Notes under the pieces: model-generated
Seen by the model: the letters and a program-made list of their open reading frames with translations, nothing else
Database searches by the model: none
Told to the model about the DNA's origin: nothing
Program-made: the position numbers and the translations under genes
Part shown: positions 1 through 9,775 of the stretch, one piece after another
How the letters are laid out: each line of letters begins with the position of its first letter
Numbering within the stretch: position 1 is the stretch's first letter
NCBI GenBank assembly: GCA_910592345.1
Contig: CAJVPI010000352.1
Coordinates: 1 to 33,806 of the forward strand
DNA length: 33,806 nt
Direction: 5' to 3'
Source: Paraglomus brasilianum
Lineage: Eukaryota

Positions 1-850
1 CCCATGATGTTACTAACAATTGTACTCAATCGAGGAACATTATAAAATGGTTCTGAATTTGTAGGTTCAAGATAATCTGGATAGTCTCTGCAATAGTATG
101 GATGAGCTGGTAGTTTCTGGAGCAATGGTGCCATAAGACACTCTTCAACATTATCACGCCTGATTGGTTCATCGAAAGGACAACAGAGACCACGTAGAAA
201 TAATCCGGTATTATCAGGAATGTCAAATCTCGCTCGTATTGTGAGGGGCTCTATAATATTATAATAACGAGTATAGAAGAAAAAAAATTCAATACAGCAC
301 AATATAGTTAAAGCATACAAACATTGTATTACAATCAATCCAGCTACAGTGACATTCTCCAATAAATTTGTGATATGAGAAAGCTATATTACAGCCCATA
401 CTACTATGTCTACTCTACCCTACGTACACACTACTCTATGTCCCCAACGCCCCGAGTCACAAAGTGCAAAAGAGATGGGTATCCCTATACATGTGTATGC
501 CCTCGAATAATTTTGCCTATCTACTCCAGCTACAATAACACTCTCGCAATAAAACTATATTACAACCCACATCACCACGTTTACTCTTATGTAATTTTAT
601 TAGGGATTTGCCCTATTAGTACTATATTACTTACTATTACGGTGATTTCGTACGAAGGTACCAACTACACCTTGTTGGAATAAAGGAAGCCCCAGGCCTT
701 GGATAAATGTTGAGAGGGCAGTATCATCATAGGTAAGCAGAGCAGGAACAAAGCCTTCCTCTGGGCAGCCAGCATCTACGAAATTTTGTCTGAATTAGTT
801 AGCTTTGTTATGTCCAAGAACTCTGTCAAAGTTCCCTGTTGAACTGACAT
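1..850 (-). pseudogene. Spliced gene or pseudogene of unknown function with a possible SAM-like N-terminus; runs off the left edge
   Basis: ATG at 850 gives MSVQQGTLTEFLDITKLTN. After an apparent frameshift near 790 it reads FVDAGCPEEGFVPALLTYDDTALSTFIQGLGLPLFQQGVVGTFVRNHRN, with a GTAAGT donor at ~634. A TAG acceptor near 251 opens a phase-compatible stop-free exon (PLTIRARFDIPDNTGLFLRGLCCPFDEPIRRDNVEECLMAPLLQKLPAHPYYC...). The SAM-like call rests only on the hydrophobic pattern. Confidence 0.4.
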
Positions 851-2089
851 TGCTAAGTTGAGAGAAAAAACTAGCATTAGTACTATGCGCGATGTGATCT
901 AATATACTGACGCCGTTAATCAATGACGTATTATTAATTATTAGGAACTTTCTAGACCTTTTCACAACGTAACTATTGCTCAATGTGCATTTGTATTATC
1001 ACACATACACAAACGAAAACACTAATTGGCCAATCAGAATGCATAGATTATCGTATAATAAAAAAAATAGTATCTATCATGTTCTGCAAATACTTCAATC
1101 ACGACTGCACAAATCGAACCCATGAAATATAGTACATATGTACAGCTTTATGTTATGCTTGTTTATTATGTGAGACAGATAATAAATTTGAGAGTTGTAA
1201 TTGCAAAAGAGAGAAAGTTACAGGTCGCTCAGAGAAAAAAGCTTTCTAAAAGATATGATGCAAGATTTACTTTTCACACATGCGCTTTTTTTTTCCTAAC
1301 AAAACCGAAGTAGTTTCTTCGAACAAACAATTAGAATAGAGAGTTATTGCAGTCATTAGTATAGAAACATATCACGAGCATTGACCCGAATTGTATTTAT
1401 TTAAAAATTAGCTACGCCTTTGTTTTGTGTGATTTAATGCGAAAACCGCGGCACGTCTATTTTTAATGTCCTATTAATAAATTACGTATGAGCGCTTTCA
1501 TCATGTTTTTTTTCCCCTGAAAGTTCTAGCATACAATTGCTTTTCATGAATTAATATTTGTCCAGTGTTTCTGAGTGCCAAAGATCATGATATTAGAATG
1601 GAACAAAACTAGAAATTGGGGAGTTATTAACAGATTGACTCAATTGTCGCAAAACAATTATTACCCGTTAGCGCTAGCCAAAGACGCGTAATCCCTAATT
1701 AATTTGTTACCTTTGATAATTGAGTTAATCAAATTTTCGTATTAACAAAAATTTCTTAAATTCACTATAAAACAAGTTACTGTATGTCCAGGTTAGTAAA
1801 TTATTTTATCCTTGCGCAAAATATAAGCATGAAAAATCAAACAAGAATTCTAATAAAATTTCAAAACTACCGTTATTTTGAATCATCGATATTTACAATC
1901 AACAAACGAGTATATTAAAGTAGTAATACGGTAGGTTGGTTTATTGTTCGGCTAACTTCTTGAACCAATTTTCCCGCCTCTATAGATGCTCCAAATAAAA
2001 CGAAACGGAAATATTGCTTTTCTTGTTATATTGCCGGCATTTTGATCCTTGCCGAGAAAATCTTTGACCATCATCATGAGTATGTCGTG

Positions 2090-2462
2090 ATCAAGTATAG
2101 ACGATGCATTCCTCCGTGGTTCATTAATAGTAGATAATGACGGTGAAGAAATTCCTACCTTGGACAATAATCTTGTTCTTCCCTGCAAACTAATGCACAG
2201 AATTCCTCGGGGAAGCTTGTTAAAGACATTTTTGATGAAACTTATCTCGACATATTGAAACGTTGAAAAATAAAAGAAGCTGACTGCAGAAGGGGAAGCA
2301 ATCTTCAGATTTGGGGTACCAGAAGTTATCGATCTTTCGGCTCACTTGTGAGCATGGTTACTGAATCTGAACGTCAGGATACAATAAAGGGTTGTGAAGA
2401 AATTTTCAAAGTTCCTGAACTGACTGACGATATTAATAAGTTTAGTGCAGCGGTGGAAAGCG
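2090..2462 (+). pseudogene. Degraded protein-coding fragment, family unknown
   Basis: Protein-like acidic segments in shifting frames (SIDDAFLRGSLIVDNDGEEIPTLDNNLVLP; LVKDIFDETYLDILK; MVTESERQDTIKGCEEIFKVPELTDDINKFSAAVES), ending at a GTGAGT donor. Interrupted by stops and frameshifts. Confidence 0.3.
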
Positions 2463-3301
2463 TGAGTATAAATATGTATGTATGGGTCATTGCAAAAAGA
2501 TTGGTACCTCAAATATTGCATCGATAAAAAAATTTTTATTATGTAATTTTCTTTTTTTTATTATCAGCATATATTGGGAAAGATACGATATAAATATTAC
2601 CTTAAATTACGTGATCATCGTCGGAACTACTATAAGAATCAAATTCGTCATCAATATTCCTTAGCATTAATAGTTAATTTATGGCATCTTTTGAGTACCA
2701 TTTTGCCCATAGAGTGGCTGGCTATGATCTTGCGACGTCGGTCAATCAAAACCCTGCGTTGTATTTTTAATAACAAAACAAAAAGTGTAAACAAATAAAA
2801 GTTATGGGACCGAGTTTTCTTGTCGGCATTACATGCATAAGAATAGAACACACAAAACGTATTAGTTGACTTTTTTGATTAGACGCGTATTTTGGAAGGA
2901 AATAAAGCCTATGCATTTTGTTCCAAAAACTTTTTTCGCGCACTGTATCTTTGGAGCTTTTATGGTCGGCGTAATCATTCCTCACTCGGACGGATTTGCC
3001 TTGGGTATTGCCGAGAGAGTTGTATGCTCGTAGTCAAAGCTTCAGGTAGACAATAGCCTCATTCAAGCACAGGCTCCAGATGAGATTGCATGTTTCATGC
3101 GCATTTTCGGTTCCGCCATTCAAATACCGACAACGTAAACATATCTAAAGACATTATCCCCCCAAATTCTTTAACCATGCAATATTGCAATATTTTGCTT
3201 ATTTGAAATCAAAATCGTAAACACATAAACTCTCTCCTCAATGCTAACACCACCAAAAAGGATTCAAGCAAAAGGAGGTCCTCAGCTCTCCAACCTACAA
3301 A

Positions 3302-3597
3302 CTTGAGACCTTATTGGAACGGAAAAGTCGCGGCATGGTCTCAGAAATTGTGGTTACCCATTGTGACCGACTCTGCCGCAACCTCATCTACTCCCCCATA
3401 CTACAAAACTTATAGCTTTCGTCAACGAAGCGACCTCTGACGAGCACGGACTTTCCCAAGATATTCTTATAATCAAGCAAGGAAGAAGAGTCGCCCGACG
3501 AGAACCCCAAACAAGGAAAAAAGCGCAAGATCAGGACAACAGCAGCACGCAACAAACGACAACACTTGGAAGCTCTCCATCGTACGTACGCTGCTAA
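3302..3597 (+). pseudogene. tnpA: IS607-type serine recombinase (TnpA), C-terminal half, frameshifted
   Basis: 3302-3382 translates LETLLERKSRGMVSEIVVTHCDRLCRN, the resolvase VVxxxDRLxR motif. 3421-3597 translates VNEATSDEHGLSQDILII..GRRVARR, resembling the IS607 SxExELxxDxxxI...YGRR tail, with TAA at 3595-3597. The N-terminal HTH and catalytic YxRVS motif were not found. Confidence 0.75.
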
Positions 3598-3946
3598 TCA
3601 AAGTATATCCAAATCACCTTCAAAAGCAGCCATTGAAGCGGTGGATGGGCTTGTCGAGATCTCATAATGCAGTTGTCCGCTGGACCGTTTCTATACCAAA
3701 GATTCACATATTGGTCCATCACGACGGGTTTGGATAAAATCTCAACCTATTGAAGATAAGCTTAGACTTTACATGGATGTTCGTGTAGGAAAAGACGTTA
3801 ATGAGCGTGAAGACAAGAGACTTCAAAATCATGCGTATGGGGTAAACGCAAATTCGTGCGAACTGTTGTGCGTATTGGAATGCTGCTTCAAGGTACACAT
3901 GACCAACATTATCGGATGAGGCGATTGATGAAGCATTAACTGCCAG

Positions 3947-4041
3947 GTATGATTGTTATTTTTCGAAAAATTTTTTTTATTTTTATTCATTCATTCATTC
4001 ATGCATTTATTTTTGATTTTATTTATTATAACTAATTTTAG
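3947..4041 (+). other. Spliceosomal intron (95 nt) inside the Fanzor gene
   Basis: AG|GTATGA donor, very T-rich body, CTAAT branch-like motif and TTTTAG acceptor. Removal joins ...EAIDEALTA-R-DKIINQN... in frame. Confidence 0.85.
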
Positions 4042-4949
4042 GGACAAGATAATTAACCAAAATATAGGATCAACACGAATCCGTCTTTGTCATTTCAATC
4101 TTCGAAAAGATTTACGACAAACGATACTAATACGCAGAATTTTCGAAATCCACGTGGAACCGTTTTTATATCACTCATCTCCATAATCCATCAATGCTTT
4201 CCACATACCGTCATAAACTCTGGACGACAAACGCGATTTGTGGCCGCTTTATTTCGAAAAAAAAAAGGCATAATAATAAGTGGCCTGTTCCTTACAGAAT
4301 AACTTCCGATTGCAAGATCACATATATTCGCAAAACTAATGAATGGAAGTTTACGAGACGCAAAAACAACTCCGTGAAACCCAAGCGGATAGTTCTGTTT
4401 CCATTAACCCTGACGTTCGTACACCCTTCACGTGGTACTCTCCTACCAAAGGTGTAGGTAAAATTGGCCAAATACGACATTGGACGAATCATTCGTCTAT
4501 GCAGGCATATGGATAATCTTCTTTATAAAGGACAAGCTGGCTGCCTCTAGTTCAAGAAAAAGGCCTTACGACTTGACAATCAGATGCGACGAAAATCAAA
4601 CACCTGCAAAACGAAGAGTGTCGCATTTTTTACTCGCGAATTTGATGCCATTATCATCCCTCATTTTGAGGTGTCGAACATGGTAAATCGAAAAACAAGA
4701 AAAACCCGTTTGTAAAATGCTCTGTTGGGCCCACTATTAATTTCGCCAACGTCTGGTGGCTAAAGCAGAAGAATTAGGTGTCTATGTTATTATCCAAAAT
4801 GAGGCCTATACTTCAAAAACTTGCAGCTGGCGTTGGGAGCGTTCAGAAAATGGGAGGGTCCGAGATGTACAAGTGTGGGACTGTAATGGATCGAGATGAA
4901 AATGGCGCTCGGGGAATCTTCCTCCGGGCATTGCTTGATGGAGCCTTGA

Positions 4950-5090
4950 TTCTCTCCGGAGATCATGCAAGTAATGCATATGTTACAATCCATCCGGGTA
5001 GATGAATCCGCATGCATGCATATGTAATGCAAGCTCTCCTACAGTGATCGAGACTTCGCCGTAAGCTAGTATATAACATCTTTTATCGTA
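4950..5090 (+). ncRNA. Putative Fanzor omegaRNA scaffold / transposon right end
   Basis: Overlaps and follows the nuclease 3' end, as expected for TnpB/Fanzor guides. Nested pairings seen: GGAGA 4958-4962 with TCTCC 5035-5039; a 9-bp stem 4975-4983 with 5018-5026 (two G-U pairs); CATC 4991-4994 with GATG 5001-5004. Boundaries are inferred. Confidence 0.5.
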
Positions 5091-5308
5091 TGAATAAATG
5101 ATTCTTACGCCATTTGATTTGAAAAGGGTAAACTACGGATCGAGGATAGAACATTACATGTGAGAATTATGGAAAGTCGGGTAAAATGTCTTATAAAACA
5201 CTCTAATGGCAGCATAAATTATCTTATAGCTGAATATGTCCGTTACTTTGATGTTTCTGCTATATTTTGTTAGAAATAACAGTCGTTCAACACAATTAGG
5301 ATAGAGAT

Positions 5309-5442
5309 CACTGTCAACCCCGTTAATCCGAACTCCGTTTAACCGAAGGACCCCGCTAAACCGAAGGTAGGTTCTAAAACCTCTATTACTATATTAAATT
5401 TACCGAATTTCCCACCTACGTTCCCGACCCACTTCGGTTTAC
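5309..5442. repeat. Possible terminal remnant of a Tc1/mariner-pogo-like DNA transposon
   Basis: CACTGTCAACCCCGTTAATCCGAACTCCGTTTAACCGAA with repeated (A)ACCGAA(GG) motifs and an inverted TTCGGTTTA near 5434. It resembles pogo-type ends; no partner end was found. Confidence 0.3.
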
Positions 5443-6172
5443 TATGTACTATGTATAAAACTTAAGACCCGAACCTTTTGTTTCGTTAATTTGAGAACAA
5501 ACAAATAGGAATGCTGAAGCTTTTATATAGCAATAGTTTGTTCTCCAAGAGAACGATTATTTCAATATTAAATAATTTGTTTTCACTAGTCATTTTGTAC
5601 TTACATTTTGTGCGCACTCTACCCGGTTCAATTGGAGTATAAAGTTTTCGGGAGATGAAGCAAATTATTCCGTGTGCGACAAAGACGGCATATTTGCGGG
5701 ATATAAAACATTACACAAATCACATATTAATATAAAATAATAATAATAATAACGATCCCACCCGATAAAGCTAGTCCCGATGTTGGCCAGTGTGCGAGAT
5801 GCAAGCAACTGCCATTTGCATAAAGAATATGCATGCTTTTTGAATTAATTAGGCATCTCAAAGAAAGCTTCGCAATGATTATAACATTTTTTACAAAAAA
5901 AAAAAAAAAAAAAACCTGAGAGCAAAGCAGAATCAACAGTACCACAACATTAATATACCATTGATACCTATTGATCATGTTGTACTACTGTCAACAACAA
6001 CAGAACATTCTTTTGTGTCATCAAATCCATATATAAGTAAAGCAAGTATTATTATCTCGATATTATACGCTGTTGGACGAGTACCAGGTGAGAGTAATTA
6101 GATTGGAATACGATTGTTTATTGCGCTTTAATTAACATTCAACTATGTGTTATAATTCTTATCTTCAACAGC

Positions 6173-7841
6173 ATGGCTCGTCTACATCAAAAAGCGTATT
6201 CACGTTTAAATTTACTTTCATTCCACTCATTTGGGCTATATATTCTCTGTGCACCTGGTGCTTATTCTGCTTACTACAGTCGACCAAGCAATAACCATTG
6301 GGTCTTTTGGTATTATGCCGGCAGTGGCAACCGCGAGTGCGGGAACATTTGCATAATCACATTTGCTATTGTCTGCGTTCTTTTGCTACTTTTAATATAC
6401 AGAATATATTCCTTTTGTCGGTCAAGTCATTGGGAAAAGAAATTGGAGAGTATAGATATAACAGAGAACGGAACGGCAACGGCAGCTGGAGAAAAGTTTC
6501 GATTATCAAGCTCGAGTGAAAGTCGAATTGAACAGGGTTATGGTGTCAACAATAAGAAGAAAAGTAATGGCACTAGTGATTTCTTAGAGTATGCCGACGC
6601 TGGCCCTGTCGCTCCTCCGCCTGTTTATAGTGATTCTTATTCCATACCGGCCGCCACCCCTTCTTACTCCATGTCCTCCATGTCCTCTACAGCACCTCTT
6701 CTTCCATCTAAATTCGCCGCCGAAAATCCGCCTCACGATTTACCGCCATTGCGCGAACACGTGGCATCCATTCTCTCTAATGGCGCAGCGGAAGCCTATA
6801 AGCTCGCTCCTATTGATGAATTAATAGAAAGAAATCTCCTCAAAGTTGATAGTGATGGAACTACCGCAATCTTTAATGGAACAAGAGTGTCTTGCCAGTC
6901 CAACTATCCGTTCCTTGTAATCAAAAAGAGTGATTTTGCCAATGACGACGAGAATTCTCTTTATCCTCCGTCCCAAACACCTTCTTCTTCTCCTCTTCCA
7001 CAGAATCTTGCTACATCTCCCTCCCATCCATTTTCATCAACGACTAATTCTTATTACGATGCCACAAACATAACATACCCGATGCCAGCACCACAAACAG
7101 AAGTGAAAATCTCCATACCACCATCTTCATTAAGCACCATTGCAGAATTGCCTAATTCGCCCGTTGAATTAACAACGCCTACCAATGAACAAAGTGGATT
7201 GCTGAAAAAAGAGATCAAAAAGTTAAAAGAAAAGGAGAGTTTGTCAGAAACAGATACAGACAAGGAAGGGAATACTAAGGGCGAACTATGTTATTTTGAG
7301 ATGACTGTGTTGGAGAATGATGGCAAGAATAATACTATTGCTGTAGGAGTTGCTACCCAGCCATACCCATGGTCAAGGTGAGTTTGAAAGTGTTATACAA
7401 GAATTCGTAGTATTTACAACTTGAGCAAGTATTGTTTGGATGGTAGTCATTTCACTGTGCTTTTGACTAATTTCCGTGTTATCCTTTCCATTTCATCATC
7501 GTCAATGCCACAGTTTCCCCGGTTATTTCCCTCACTCCATAAGTCTAAATACGAGTGGATATGCTCACGTCTCCTCTTACACATCCATTTCCTACTCAAA
7601 TGCCTGGGGAGATGTTGGAGATACTGTCGGATGCGGATATTACCCGAAAACCGGAGAAGTGTTCTTTACGATAAACGGCTCAAAGCACCAAGCTGCATAT
7701 ACGGGGCCGCAGCATATATGGTATCCCTGCATAGGGGCAGATGGAAGGTGCAAAGTTAGTGTTAATTTTGGCAAGGAAAACGGGGACACGTTTGTATTTG
7801 GCGAGGCGAGAGGATCTGGAAGTGTTGTTGTTATCGATTGA
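6173..7841 (+). CDS. Single-pass membrane SPRY-domain protein, Ssh4/Ear1-like Rsp5 adaptor; join(6173..7377,7514..7841), ~510 aa
   Basis: TM helix ICIITFAIVCVLLLLLIY; PPPVY (PPxY) motif; SPRY motifs CYFEMTVLE, IAVGVATQPYP..FPGYFPHSIS, GDVGDTVGCGY, VFFTING, YPCIGADG..VSVNFG. GT-AG intron at 7378-7513 and a probable 5'UTR intron at 6088-6171. Confidence 0.85.
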
Positions 7842-9439
7842 TAATGTACGTATCAGGTTGGATAACAATAATTTTATATTTATTATTTACTATTTCCTTA
7901 TTGCGCATGGTCACCTGTTATATTTTAAATCAAGGGCAAGTTTTGTTAGTATGTATGCGAGCTTTTAGCCATCTGTAAGATAGATGCACTACAGTTGCAA
8001 TACTCGCCATTGAGTATGGCATGTACTCTTATTGGTATTATTATTATGCCTTCTGTTGTTAATTTTATGTAAATAATGAAATAACCATGTATTTTTAGTT
8101 CATAGTGATAGTGCGCAGTACGTATATATAAACATATATGTTGTATGAATATTTATATTGATAATTCGTACACCTTCATTATAATTTGTCACAATGGCAT
8201 GCATGCATGTTATTATGGGGCAGAGAGATTTCAGTGACTCGGAACTGTTGATTGTCCTGTCCATTAATAATCATTTGCCTTAACAATTAAGAGAGACGTC
8301 ATCAGTAATATATTAATAAATAATATTTATCTAATAACAATTGAGGTTCTGCATTCGGTCTGGTCTTAATCAAAGATTGCGCTGTTTCTTGTGGTTTTAA
8401 CCTCAAAATAAGTGGCCATTTATTGAGTGGCGAAATCCGAAACTTGTTTTGATTATTGTACCAATACTTTCGATTATTAGACATAATCGTTTTAATTTTC
8501 CTAACTTGGAGGATAAGCTTTGATTCATCTGGCCAAGGCAAGCCCTCAAAGGGTTTACGTTGATTGTCGAATAGTGACAATTTACATCAAGTGTAATTTT
8601 GCAAATTGTAGTTTCATTTGTCAAATACCATTATTATTATTATGCTATAGATATAAACTGTCGAGTTGTTTTTTGATTTACCAAAGTTTATTATTATAAT
8701 AAGATTTGGAGAATAAGGATTCCAACATGTACTATACTGATGTTACTGACTAGTGAATTTTGCATGAGAGCCATAAATATCACATTAAGAGATATCTAAC
8801 ATAGACTTTACTATTGTTATGTATATAATCTTACGTCTTCTAAGTGAAATGGTAAGAATCTGTTAGAAAATCTCGTCTTTACTTACAATAGAGTATCGTT
8901 ACAAATCCGGTATTCTTTGTGAATGTTGACCTCGATTTGGTTCATTTTCTTTTGTAAGAGCTTTTTGACCTAACTATGTATTGTCCCGAGGAAATATTAC
9001 AGATTATGTAAAATATCGGATTTTTCGGAGTTGTACCATTGTAGTCCGCATCTCGCATTGAGCCATTTTCTGATAAGGTAATTACTATCAGCGAACGTAG
9101 GACAAGGGACGGGTTTACGAAAAGTGATTACGCAAGGATCCGAACTTTTGTTCTCTGAAATATATTCGCTGACGATTGCACAATTAGTACACGTAATATT
9201 ATATCTATTTTAAGATCTATTTATAGAAAACATGCATACAAGAATTTGCTTTTAGATGAGCCTTTTGGATCCGACTTCTCTTTATACCGTAACTTAAAAC
9301 AGTGGTATTATTTAACCTACTCCTATTCACTATTATATTTAGTAATATCCGGAGGAAGATAACAACCCATTGTAATGAAATGACATATTAATACACTATC
9401 TTTGAGACTAAACATTTTCAACCATTGTGAAAAATCTGC

Positions 9440-9775
9440 TGAGTAAGGAAGAAATGGAACTGAAGTAGAGAAAGACAACCAAAATAAAAGGCGGTTGAAT
9501 TGTATAAAAAAGTAGCCAAACAAGGAAATGCTCAGGCACATACATGCAGTCTTGGTTGGTGTTATGCAAGTGGAACTGGAGTAAGGGGAAAAAAAAATGC
9601 ACAGGAGCAGTTAAACTGTATTCAAAAGCAGCTAAACAAGGAGATACCTATGCACAATAATCTTGTTGTTGTTGTAAAAATGGAGCTGGAATGAAGTAAG
9701 ATAATCAAAAGTGATTAAACTATTTAAAAGAGCAGTTAGGCGAGGTCTTGCTAAAGAATTAGAGCATATTTACAA
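9440..9775 (+). pseudogene. Sel1-like repeat (SLR) protein pseudogene fragment
   Basis: GTEVEKD..AVELYKKVAKQGNAQAH.CSLGWCYASGTGV..AVKLYSKAAKQGDTYAQ..KNGAGM.*DNQKVIKLFKRAV: about three Sel1 repeats broken by frameshifts and stops. Confidence 0.8.

Larger units (their letters stand above)
3177..5005 (+). pseudogene. tnpB: Fanzor2/TnpB-like RNA-guided endonuclease pseudogene with one intron
   Basis: Motifs in order across frameshifts: RPYWNGKVAAWSQKLWLP (3306); RTLLIKVYPNHLQKQPLKRWMGLSR (3585); HFNLRKDLRQTILI (~4091); DCKITY (~4307); RuvC-I VSI[N]P[D]VRTPFTWYSP (4397); DIGRIIRLCRHMDNL; FDAIIIPHFEVSNM (~4641); QNEAYTSKTCSW (E at 4801); RuvC-III MDRDENGARGIFLR (4886); stop at 5003-5005. Several stops and frameshifts. 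Confidence 0.92.
3177..5090 (+). mobile_element. Degenerate IS607-family (Fanzor2-type) transposon: tnpA remnant, TnpB/Fanzor nuclease and putative omegaRNA
   Basis: Serine-recombinase motifs at 3302-3500 are followed by and overlap TnpB/Fanzor motifs running to 5005, then a structured 3' tail. This matches IS607 gene order. Both element ends are approximate. Confidence 0.85.

Noticed and set aside
3020..3050. LYARSQ as the TnpA catalytic YARVS motif
   Set aside because: It lacks VS, is followed by a stop, and lies too far from the DRL motif without supporting residues.
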